Shown: piece by piece, positions 20,486 through 28,740 of the stretch | Layout: the number at the start of each line of letters is the position of its first letter | Position numbering within the stretch: position 1 is the first letter of the stretch | Assembly: GCA_001821765.1 (NCBI GenBank) | Contig: MHOA01000002.1 | Span: 3,141 to 67,140 of the forward strand | Source: Candidatus Ryanbacteria bacterium RIFCSPLOWO2_12_FULL_44_26 | GTDB taxonomy: Bacteria > Patescibacteriota > Minisyncoccia > Ryanbacterales > HO2-45-13 | Length of the DNA stretch: 64,000 nucleotides | Direction: 5' to 3' | Notes under the pieces: generated by a model | Told to the model about the DNA's origin: nothing | What the model saw: the letters and a program-made list of their open reading frames with translations, nothing else | Database searches by the model: none | Translations under genes and position numbers: made by a program

Positions 20486-22639
20486 CTACATATCAGCGCT
20501 GGCCTCGGTTTTATTTCCGGCTGCAACAATCGCGTACTGTATTTCTTTTTTCTTGAAAGGATATTCTTTGAGTCCCTTTTCAAGGCTATATTCTTCTCTC
20601 TCATTGTATTCACTCTGTTTTCCTTTATTCCACTCGCTGACAGGTCTAAAGTATCCGACGATTCGTGACCACACTTCGCACCTTGCTCCGCATGTCGGAC
20701 ATTGCACACATTCACCATTAAGATATCCATGAGCGGGACAAATGCTGAAAGTCGGGGTAACAGTGATATATGGCAGGTGAAAGCGTTCCGTTACTTTTCT
20801 GACAAATGCACGGCAAGACTCCCAGTCCCTGACGCGCTCGCCGAGGAAAAGGTGTAACACCGTCCCTCCGGTATATTTTTTCTGAAGGTTGTCTTGATGT
20901 TCCAGCGCGAAAAGAGGGTCGTCAGTATAAGAAACCGGCAAATGCGTTGAATTTGTATAGTAAGGAGCCTCGGGCGAACCAGCCTGCTTCATATCGGGAA
21001 ATCTTTTTTTGTCTTCTTTTGCAAACCGATATGTTGTGCCCTCTGCAGGCGTTGCCTCAAGATTATACAGGTTGCCCGTTTCCTCCTGATAATCAGCAAG
21101 CCGCTCCCGTATAAAATCAAGAATTTCCAGAGCAAATGATTTCCCTTCCGGCGTCGCAATATCGCTCCCAAGAAAATTCACACATGCTTCATTCATCCCG
21201 TTTATGCCTATGGTGGAAAAGTGGTTATGCAAAGTCGGCAAATACCGTTTTGTGAAAGGTAAAAGTCCCTTTTCAATATTTTCTGCAACGACTTTCCGCT
21301 TCATCTCAAGGGATTCCTTGGCAATATCCATCATGCGGCCAAGCCGATTGTAAAATTCCTCTTTGGTTTGAGTTAGATAGCCGATACGCGCAAGATTAAC
21401 GGTTACAACGCCGATGCTTCCCGTCATCTCAGCAGATCCAAAAAGCCCGCCGCCTCTTGCGCGAAGCTCACGCAAATCAAGCTGCAGCCGGCAGCACATA
21501 CTCCGAACATCTCCGGGGTTCAAATCGGAGTTAATAAAGTTTTGAAAATAAGGAGTGCCAAACTTTGCAGTCATTTCAAAAAGCGCGCGGGTGTTTTCAT
21601 TGTCCCAGTCAAAATCCTTGGTAATGTTGTACGTCGGAATGGGAAAAGTAAAAATTCTCCCGTTGGCATCTCCTCCTGTCATCACTTCAATAAACGCTTT
21701 ATTTATCATGTCCATTTCTTTTTGGCACTCACCGTAGGTAAAATCCTGTGCATTGCCCCCAATGACTGGATTTCTTTCGCGCATATCATCGGGGCAGACC
21801 CAATCAAGCGTAATGTTCGTAAACGGCGTTTGTGTGCCCCAGCGCGATGGCACGTTTAAGTTAAAAACAAATTGCTGTATTGACTGTTTTACCTGCTCAT
21901 ATGTTAAGTTGTCTTTTCTTACAAATGGTGCGAGATACGTATCAAACGACGAAAACGCCTGCGCGCCCGCCCATTCGTTTTGAAGCGTTCCTAAAAAGTT
22001 CACCATCTGGGCGACGGCGGTTTCCAAATGTTTCGCTGGATATGATTCTACTTTTCCCGGCACGCCGTTAAATCCTTCCTCTAAAAGCTGTCGCAAACTC
22101 CACCCCGCGCAGTAACCGGAAAACATATCGAGATCATGTATATGAAAATCACCATTTACGTGCGCATCTTTTATGTCTTTTGAATAAACGGAGTTAAGCC
22201 AATAATTCGCGATTAGTTTTCCTGAAGTATTCAAAATAAGCCCGCCAAGAGAATATCCTTGGTTTGCGTTTGCATTCACTCTCCAGTCCGAACGATCAAG
22301 ATATTCACCTATTGTTTTTTCCACCTCAATAATAGTGCTTTTTGTCGCTCGCGCCTGTGAACGTTTCTCGCGATACACAATATAAGCCCGCGCCGTCTTA
22401 TAATGCCCGCCACTCATAAGCGCGCGCTCTACGAAGTCCTGAATTTCTTCTACCGAAATCGCTTCCTTGATATTTTCCGATTGTAAAATTTCATCTACAA
22501 CGTTTTCAGTGATGTTTCTCGCTTCATCTACACCAAATTCTCCTGTCGCTTCGGCGGCTTTTAAAATTGCATTAAAGATTCTCGCTTTATAAAAAGCGGA
22601 TTCCTTTCCGTTCCGTTTTATAACTTTCATTTCCTCCAT
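20486..22639 (-). CDS. nrdD: Class III ribonucleoside-triphosphate reductase with ATP cone
   Basis: VIKRNG ATP cone, HIHDLD, RSMCCRL, NLEATPAE, CxxH/CxxC metal site, SRIVGYFRP glycyl-radical loop. Confidence 0.95.
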   Translation of the reverse strand: MEEMKVIKRNGKESAFYKARIFNAILKAAEATGEFGVDEARNITENVVDEILQSENIKEAISVEEIQDFVERALMSGGHYKTARAYIVYREKRSQARATKSTIIEVEKTIGEYLDRSDWRVNANANQGYSLGGLILNTSGKLIANYWLNSVYSKDIKDAHVNGDFHIHDLDMFSGYCAGWSLRQLLEEGFNGVPGKVESYPAKHLETAVAQMVNFLGTLQNEWAGAQAFSSFDTYLAPFVRKDNLTYEQVKQSIQQFVFNLNVPSRWGTQTPFTNITLDWVCPDDMRERNPVIGGNAQDFTYGECQKEMDMINKAFIEVMTGGDANGRIFTFPIPTYNITKDFDWDNENTRALFEMTAKFGTPYFQNFINSDLNPGDVRSMCCRLQLDLRELRARGGGLFGSAEMTGSIGVVTVNLARIGYLTQTKEEFYNRLGRMMDIAKESLEMKRKVVAENIEKGLLPFTKRYLPTLHNHFSTIGINGMNEACVNFLGSDIATPEGKSFALEILDFIRERLADYQEETGNLYNLEATPAEGTTYRFAKEDKKRFPDMKQAGSPEAPYYTNSTHLPVSYTDDPLFALEHQDNLQKKYTGGTVLHLFLGERVRDWESCRAFVRKVTERFHLPYITVTPTFSICPAHGYLNGECVQCPTCGARCEVWSRIVGYFRPVSEWNKGKQSEYNEREEYSLEKGLKEYPFKKKEIQYAIVAAGNKTEASADM

Positions 22640-22667
22640 AGCATCCATCATACCACACCGGAAGACC

Positions 22668-22676
22668 TGTGGATAA
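22668..22676 (-). promoter_or_regulatory. Perfect DnaA box upstream of nrdD
   Basis: TGTGGATAA on + (TTATCCACA on -), about 15 nt upstream of the extended -10 TGGTATGAT. Confidence 0.55.
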
Positions 22677-22790
22677 AGTAAAAAAGTTTGGTATGCGGTA
22701 AAAACGCGAAAAAACTTCCTTTTGCAGGCATTACAACAAAAAGGTACGCGAAGTTACGGGAAGTTTGAGCTCCAATTGCGAGCAGTTGCG

Positions 22791-22827
22791 GGAAGTCTGA
22801 CTTCCTAAAAGGGAAGTCCGACTTCCC
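22791..22827. repeat. Tandem pair of REP-like palindromes GGAAGTCnGACTTCC
   Basis: ggaagtctgacttcc (22791-22805) and gggaagtccgacttccc (22811-22827). Confidence 0.8.
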
Positions 22828-22833
22828 AATAAG

Positions 22834-24462
22834 TTACATCCTTTTAGGAGCAGTGACTCCAAGAAGCGCCAGCGTGCGTGCAAGCGTCTTTTGGGTTAAT
22901 TTCACCAGAGCAAGGCGGGCAAGCTCCTCATTTTTGCTCCCACCAAGCACGCGGACGTTCTCATAGAAATCCGTAAAGGATCGTGCGAGCTCATACGCAT
23001 ATTTTGTAAACCGCTGTACTTCGAAATCACGCGCTGTATCTTCCAGCGCCTCATAAAACGACAATATTCTAAGGAGTAACCGGCGCTCATAAACATCCTG
23101 TAAAATTTCCCATGCAGCATTTTTAAGGTTCATGCCTTTTTTGGACTTCTGTAAGATTGCGCTTGCACGCGCATGAGCGTATTGAACATAATACACAGGG
23201 TTTTTCTTTGATTGCTCCTTTGCCAAATCAATATCAAAGCTGATTGCGGTGCGGGGACTGTATGCTAAAAGAAAAAAGCGAAATGCATCTTTCCCCACTT
23301 CGTCTAACACTTCCCTTGCCGTTACAAAATGTCCTTTTCTTTTAGACATTGATACGATGTTCCCCTCTTTGAGCAAATTAACCTGCCCGTGAACAATAAT
23401 TTTGAAATGTTCTTTGGGAAAACCGAACACTTCAGCAACCGCATACAGTTTTGGAATGTGCCCCTGATGTCCTTCTCCCAAAACATCAACAACAACGTCA
23501 TTTCTTTTGAACTTTTCTTTATGATACGCGATGTCGTTTGCAAAATATAAATACGTTCCGTCGTTTTTTACCAACACCGCCTCGCGTTCCTTCATATATT
23601 CCCCTCCGGGGCTAAACCAAACAGCCCCTTCTTTCCTTTTTAACACTCTTTTCTTCTCCAATTCATCCAGCACTTTTTTTGTTTTTAATTTTGCAAGCTT
23701 GCTCTCATGCGTTACTTTATCAAAATGAATTCCCATTGCTTTTATCGTTTCAAAGTTCTCTCTTAAAAGTTTATCAAAAACAAATTGGAGCAATCGTTCT
23801 TTTCCGTCTTTCTTTTTTATAAATTTATCCTTAAACCTGCCTTTCGCCTTGTCCGCAAATTCTTTTACATAATCTGACGCATACTGAATTTCTCCCATAT
23901 GAGATTCTTTCCCGCACGCAAGTAAGTACCAATGCCAAAGCGAATCACGAAAAGCCCCGACCTGTGCACCGGCGTCATTATGAAAATATTCCCGTATTAC
24001 CTTGTAACCCGTCTCCTCTAAAAGATGAGCAATAACATCTCCAATGGGCCCCCCTCGGGCATTTCCTATATGAAGCGGCCCTGTCGGATTTGCAGAAATA
24101 AACTCCACGCTTACTCTCCGAAGCTTGAGTGAAAAAGGACTTGTTTTTTTTCTTTCTTTTCTTTTTTCTTTAACAAATTCCTTTATCCGGTCGTAGATAT
24201 ATTCATCCTTAATAAAAAAATTTAAAAAACCCGGTCCCGCAACCGCAACCTCTTTAAAAACATCCTTCTGTTTAAGAAATATCGCTTCCGATATGTTTTT
24301 CGCAACTTCAAGGGGCGGCTTGCCTTGCTTTTGAGCAAGCGCCATAGCGGCATTTGAGGAATAGTCGCCTCGCTTAGGATTTTCCTGACATTCTATAGAA
24401 AAGGCGATATCGCTCCCGATTTCTTCTTTTATTGCTTTCATGACAACATCCCGAATGGTCAT
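22834..24462 (-). CDS. argS: Arginine--tRNA ligase
   Basis: VEFISANPTGPLHIGNARG, MSKRKG, NPVYYVQYAHAR. Confidence 0.96.
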   Translation of the reverse strand: MTIRDVVMKAIKEEIGSDIAFSIECQENPKRGDYSSNAAMALAQKQGKPPLEVAKNISEAIFLKQKDVFKEVAVAGPGFLNFFIKDEYIYDRIKEFVKEKRKERKKTSPFSLKLRRVSVEFISANPTGPLHIGNARGGPIGDVIAHLLEETGYKVIREYFHNDAGAQVGAFRDSLWHWYLLACGKESHMGEIQYASDYVKEFADKAKGRFKDKFIKKKDGKERLLQFVFDKLLRENFETIKAMGIHFDKVTHESKLAKLKTKKVLDELEKKRVLKRKEGAVWFSPGGEYMKEREAVLVKNDGTYLYFANDIAYHKEKFKRNDVVVDVLGEGHQGHIPKLYAVAEVFGFPKEHFKIIVHGQVNLLKEGNIVSMSKRKGHFVTAREVLDEVGKDAFRFFLLAYSPRTAISFDIDLAKEQSKKNPVYYVQYAHARASAILQKSKKGMNLKNAAWEILQDVYERRLLLRILSFYEALEDTARDFEVQRFTKYAYELARSFTDFYENVRVLGGSKNEELARLALVKLTQKTLARTLALLGVTAPKRM

Positions 24463-24494
24463 AGCACCACTGTAACCTAAAATATATTTGAAAA

Positions 24495-24532
24495 CAAAAA
24501 AAGGACGAAGTTATACATGCTCCGTCCCTTTC
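24495..24532 (-). terminator. Intrinsic terminator of the 24563-25153 gene
   Basis: Minus strand gggacggag-loop-cttcgtcct followed by a T run. Confidence 0.65.
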
Positions 24533-24562
24533 ATTAAATTACCTCCTTTTTTGATCCTGATT

Positions 24563-25153
24563 TCACCCAACTGTCCAGTCCAGTGAAGCGCCTTGTGGCG
24601 TGGAAAGAACAAGTCGAATCTCAAACCACGCGGGTTTAATGACTCTTGGGTCATGGCAATCCTCGAAGGTGTCATGCTCGTCAGCTTTTGCTTGCCTGAC
24701 CCATTTCGTCTTACACGGGTGATAGTTTGCAACGAGATCATAGTTCAAGCCCATTTGTTTCAAAACCATGACCTGTAATATGATTTCGTCGAGAGAAATA
24801 GGACGGTTGAGAATGTCGAAGTAACACCTCCGCCAGTTTGTCTTAGGGCGAACCATTGTCGGCCAAAGTTTTGGCCCTCTGCTGCTGTCTTCGTATTTCA
24901 CTACGATCCCTTCTCGCTTTTCCCAATCCCAGTTGATATCTGGGTAAGCTGTAATCGGGAAATCGTCGCGCAGATGATTTCTTGTCGACAAAACCTTTTG
25001 TGGCTGCTTTACCAAAACTTGAATGCGTGCGCGTACCACGGTACGAGTGTTTACAAATCCCGGAAGCCGGCGTCGCCAGAACCACCTTGATGCCCATGAA
25101 ACCCGTAGGTCTTTTACACTCTTCACAATCTCCCGAACAGTAACGTCGTCCAT
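24563..25153 (-). CDS. Hypothetical protein
   Basis: 196-aa ATG ORF with a purine-rich leader (agaagg) and a downstream terminator; no recognised motif. Confidence 0.7.
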   Translation of the reverse strand: MDDVTVREIVKSVKDLRVSWASRWFWRRRLPGFVNTRTVVRARIQVLVKQPQKVLSTRNHLRDDFPITAYPDINWDWEKREGIVVKYEDSSRGPKLWPTMVRPKTNWRRCYFDILNRPISLDEIILQVMVLKQMGLNYDLVANYHPCKTKWVRQAKADEHDTFEDCHDPRVIKPAWFEIRLVLSTPQGASLDWTVG

Positions 25154-25319
25154 GCGCTTGTGCCTTCTATTTGGTTGTGAATGTACAATCTAAGCCCGAC
25201 AATTGAGCTTAGTACCAAAGTCATACTAGCTCAAATGTCAATAAAAATCAAGCCAAAACGGAAAAAGAAACTCGTGGAGTTTCTTTTCAATCCTTTACCG
25301 GTTTTTCTTTTTGTTGTCG

Positions 25320-25570
25320 GCGCGAATTTTTTCCAAGCGAAGGCGTGGCGGAAACTTGTCCTAAGCTTGCCGAAGGATCCCCCCACCTCTTCGAGTTCAT
25401 CGAATCTGATAATTCTCTGAATCAGAAAATCTAAAAACTCATCAGAAGCTCCTCGCTGAGGCCTTCGGCTCTGAGAGCCATCGGGCTCGAAGAGCTTGGA
25501 GCCGAAGCGGTCTGAACGACCCCCTTTCCGCCACGCCTTCGCTTCAAAACATTTTCTGAAATGCGCGCAC
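25320..25570. repeat. Structured palindromic element A (MITE-like)
   Basis: Perfect 20-bp IR aagcgaaggcgtggcggaaa (25335-25354) / tttccgccacgccttcgctt (25525-25544) with nested hairpins; the right end matches element B in inverted orientation. Confidence 0.75.
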
Positions 25571-25617
25571 CTTGAAAAAATCATAGCGAAATTTGCTCGT
25601 CAGAATAAGCTGCCCAA

Positions 25618-25655
25618 AAGAAAAAGCGTCCCAATCTCTGAAAAGATTAGGACGC
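25618..25655 (-). terminator. Terminator overlapping the purD stop
   Basis: gcgtcctaatct/agattgggacgc hairpin followed by tttttctttt on the minus strand. Confidence 0.65.
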
Positions 25656-26927
25656 CGGTGCGAAAGCTTTCGCACCTATGTCGCGTCGGTATTGCATGCC
25701 CTCAAACTCAATCAGCCGTGCCGCTTCGTATGCGCGGTCGAGCGCATTGCGGAGCGTGTCGCCGATTGCTGTTACGCCGAGCACTCGTCCACCGGACGTT
25801 TTGAGTTCGCTGTCAAAACTTGTACCAGCATGGAACACAACGACGTTAGACACACGCTCCGCTTCGGCTACGCCGTGAAGCGGCACACCCTTCTTGTATT
25901 CATCAGGATAGCCGCCAGAGGCAATGATAACGCACGCTGCAAAGCCGGAGTGCCACTTGATCGCGAGTTCAGTAAGAGTACCATCAACGCACGCCTCCAA
26001 AATGTCAAGTAAATCGGTTTTGAGAAGGCGCATGTAGCTTTGCGTTTCGGGGTCGCCGAACCGCGCATTGAACTCCAGCACCTTTGGCCCGTTTGTCGTC
26101 ATCTTGAGTCCGGGGTAGAGTAAGCCGCTAAATGGCCGCCCGCGTTTTGCAAGTGTTTTAAGCGTTGGACGAACGATTTGCTCGCCGAGAGTTTGCAGTG
26201 TGTCCGCGCTTACCCACGAGAGAGGAGCGATTGTTCCCATGCCGCCGGTGTTTTTGCCCTCGTCGCCGTCGCGTATCGGTTTGTGATCTTGCGCGGGCGG
26301 CAGCAAAACGAAAGTTTTGCCATCGCAGAACGCATGGATGGAAATTTCTTGCCCGTCAAGAAATTCCTCAACAACCACTTCGTTGCCTGCGTTCTTGTGA
26401 ACACGGTCAAGCATGATTTCCGCGAGCGCAGCTTCTGCTTGAACGAGTGTCTTGCAAATGTACACGCCTTTGCCGAGCGCAAGTTCGCTTGCCTTTACGA
26501 CGATGGGTGCGCCGTGTTCACGAACATGCGCAAGGGCATTGTCGTATTCGCTAAAAATCTTGAAAGTTGCTGTTGGTATTCCAGCTTCACTCATCAGATT
26601 TTTAGCGAATGCCTTAGACGATTCGATTTCTGCGGCGGCACGCGTTGGGCCAAAAATCCGCAGTCCTCGCGCGCGAAAAGTGTCTACAACACCGAGCGCG
26701 AGCGAATCGTCCGGTCCGACAACGGCCAAACCGATTTCGTTCTTCTCGGCGAACTGAACCAACCCGTCAATGTCGGTAGCGTCAATCGCTATATTCTCCG
26801 CAATCTGACGCGTGCCGCCGTTTCCGGGCGCAACATACAGCTTGCCGATACAAGGCGATTGCGCGAGTTTCCACGCAAGTGCGTGTTCTCTCCCGCCACT
26901 GCCGACAATTAAGACGTTTGTGCTCAT
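25647..26927 (-). CDS. purD: Phosphoribosylamine--glycine ligase
   Basis: VLIVGSGGREHAL, APGNGG, QDHK, NTGGMG, EFNARFGDPETQ, GGRVL; SD gagg before MSTNV. Confidence 0.95.
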   Translation of the reverse strand: MSTNVLIVGSGGREHALAWKLAQSPCIGKLYVAPGNGGTRQIAENIAIDATDIDGLVQFAEKNEIGLAVVGPDDSLALGVVDTFRARGLRIFGPTRAAAEIESSKAFAKNLMSEAGIPTATFKIFSEYDNALAHVREHGAPIVVKASELALGKGVYICKTLVQAEAALAEIMLDRVHKNAGNEVVVEEFLDGQEISIHAFCDGKTFVLLPPAQDHKPIRDGDEGKNTGGMGTIAPLSWVSADTLQTLGEQIVRPTLKTLAKRGRPFSGLLYPGLKMTTNGPKVLEFNARFGDPETQSYMRLLKTDLLDILEACVDGTLTELAIKWHSGFAACVIIASGGYPDEYKKGVPLHGVAEAERVSNVVVFHAGTSFDSELKTSGGRVLGVTAIGDTLRNALDRAYEAARLIEFEGMQYRRDIGAKAFAPAS

Positions 26928-27039
26928 TGTTTTCCTCTTTGTTGAATGTTTACTATGCCAATGTACTACATTAATTATAGCCAAAAAAATTAAAAAACTC
27001 GGAATCTGTTCCGAGAACTTTTCAGTATTCAAAATTTTC

Positions 27040-27201
27040 GTGCGCGCATTTCAGAAAAGTTTTTGAAGCGAGGGGGGGGCGGGCATTCCTCCCCCCATTC
27101 CCCTCCTGCCGCGCCGCCCGAGCGTTCCGCCGTAGCGACTTGTGGTGAGCTTGGTCGAACCAAGCGGAGGCGGGTCAGTTTTCTTCAAAATACTTTCGCG
27201 C
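27040..27201. repeat. Structured palindromic element B
   Basis: 27040-27071 is a 30/32 inverted match to 25539-25570; GC-rich self-complementary core. Confidence 0.72.
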
Positions 27202-27216
27202 TACGTTCAGAATATC

Positions 27217-27265
27217 CCACTGAAAACACAAAACCCACCATTAAGGTGGGCTGTGTTTTCAGTGG
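27217..27265. terminator. Hairpin abutting the tmRNA 3' end
   Basis: ccactgaaaacaca (27217-27230) / tgtgttttcagtgg (27252-27265) plus inner cccacc/ggtggg. Confidence 0.55.
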
Positions 27266-27622
27266 AAGTGGCGGGAATTGAACCCGCTTGGGGAAAGGTT
27301 GCCTACGAGCATCTACACAGATAGTCGGTTTGGATCACTACATGCTGTAAAACCAACAAAACGCATGCAGGTGTGTTTTCTTTTAAGTTTCCTATGCACC
27401 TAGAAAACGAACGATGCACAGTAGTTCGGAATTTGACACCGGAATCGTTACCTTACGAACATCAGTAACACCGATGGCTTACGCTAACTTAAGCGTAAAC
27501 AGGTTGAAGCTGATTGCTTCTAAATAAGTTTGCACTTATTGTTCAAACGGAGATTCAAAAGCGACGTTCACGCTTTCTGTGCGCCCATTAAGAATAACTT
27601 TCCCTCGAGGCCTAACACTCCC
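27263..27622 (-). ncRNA. ssrA: tmRNA
   Basis: Acceptor stem GGGAGUG/CACUUCC with G3.U, T-arm GCGGGUUCAAUUCCCGC, tag reading frame ANLFRSNQLQPVYA* (27533-27489); directly downstream of smpB. Confidence 0.95.
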
Positions 27623-27700
27623 AGAACATAGCCCGGTAAAAATTTAAAAGTTTAAAAAATTTGGGGATATGTTTTGGAAGCGCCAGATGAGGTGATGAGG

Positions 27701-28144
27701 TTATATATATTTCAAGCTGCGTTCCACCTTTCTTTTTGCCTCGCGCTTTTTGATTACCTCACGCTTATCGTATTTTTTCTTTCCTCTCACCACCGCAAAC
27801 TCCAACTTTATCTTCCGGCCCTTATTATACAGCTTTAAGGGCACCATTGTCAAGCCTTTCTGTTTTTCTTTCCCGAGCAGATATTGTATTTCTTTCTTAT
27901 GCAAAAGCAGTTTTCTCGCGCGGTCGGGTTCGTACTCTTTTGGCGTATTTGCTTTCTGGTACGGCGGAATATGGACGCCCACCGAAAACGCCTCATTGTT
28001 TCTGATAATAACCCTTCCACCTTTTAAAGCGGCGCGTCCGAGAAGAATGGACTTTACCTCAAACCCGCGCAGACTTAACCCCGCCTCAAATTTCTCCAGG
28101 ATTTCATAGTCGTGGTATGCTTTTCTGTTTTCCGCAAGCGCCAT
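27701..28144 (-). CDS. smpB: SsrA-binding protein
   Basis: AENRKAYHDYEILEKFEAGL.L.G.EVKS, RKLLLHKKEI, GKKKYDKRE. Confidence 0.97.
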   Translation of the reverse strand: MALAENRKAYHDYEILEKFEAGLSLRGFEVKSILLGRAALKGGRVIIRNNEAFSVGVHIPPYQKANTPKEYEPDRARKLLLHKKEIQYLLGKEKQKGLTMVPLKLYNKGRKIKLEFAVVRGKKKYDKREVIKKREAKRKVERSLKYI

Positions 28145-28266
28145 ATAAATTATTAAAGCACTAAACCATTGCAATAAAAAGCATGTGTTCCGATACGCAC
28201 GAAGAGAAAGAAATGAAAAATTGCAAAGAGACGCGGTTTGGTTTAAAGGACACTCAACTACGCTGC

Positions 28267-28294
28267 TTGACGATATTTATACAGGATATAGAAT
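28267..28294 (+). promoter_or_regulatory. Sigma70-type promoter
   Basis: TTGACG-16 nt-TAGAAT upstream of the 28352 ORF. Confidence 0.55.
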
Positions 28295-28351
28295 GCTTTT
28301 TGGGTGGAACTTTGAACGTTTTGATACATTCATAGGTGAGAGGGCAAGCGA

Positions 28352-28591
28352 ATGGCAGCAAAACACCAATTACTCGCTGAGGAGATCTCAGCAAAGCACA
28401 AGCTGTCCAGCACCGAATATGCAGCATTCATAACCGGAGCAACCTCAATACTGTTGTTTCTGTCGTCTACTTTTGACGAAGAGCAATTACTGGAAACGGT
28501 TGATCGGCTTCTCATAAAACATCCGGGTATCACAAACGCTTTGGCGGAATTCACCGAAAGAGCAACAATGCCGCCAGTCCTGCTGCATTAG
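28352..28591 (+). CDS. Small hypothetical protein
   Basis: 79-aa ORF bounded by a promoter, a gaggg SD and a terminator. Confidence 0.65.
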   Translation: MAAKHQLLAEEISAKHKLSSTEYAAFITGATSILLFLSSTFDEEQLLETVDRLLIKHPGITNALAEFTERATMPPVLLH

Positions 28592-28595
28592 AAAT

Positions 28596-28630
28596 GGAGC
28601 CCCGCGCTGATAAACACGCGGGGCTTTCTA
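28596..28630 (+). terminator. Intrinsic terminator
   Basis: ggagccccgcg / cgcggggcttt hairpin directly after the stop. Confidence 0.65.
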
Positions 28631-28740
28631 TTGAAAGAACCAACAATAGCTATGCGGTGTTCCCTCTTGTGTCGCGTATTTGACCATATATAATGACCTC
28701 CAGATTGAGCTATTTGTCCATCCGACAATAGAAGGGAGGA

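Noticed and set aside
20486-22651. Intein or intron in nrdD
   Set aside because: Continuous ORF of normal length with no splice-junction or homing-endonuclease motifs.
25231-25584. 117-aa minus-strand ORF
   Set aside because: It lies over palindromic element A; the repeated AKAWRK/AFAWKK peptides come from the inverted repeat, and there is no SD or protein motif.
24463-27262. Classical integrase island with att direct repeats at ssrA
   Set aside because: No duplicated tmRNA 3' fragment and no integrase or recombinase ORF were found by eye.
28185-28433. 82-aa ORF, or a frameshifted fusion with 28352-28591
   Set aside because: It spans the promoter and SD of the 28352 gene, which is better supported as an independent unit.
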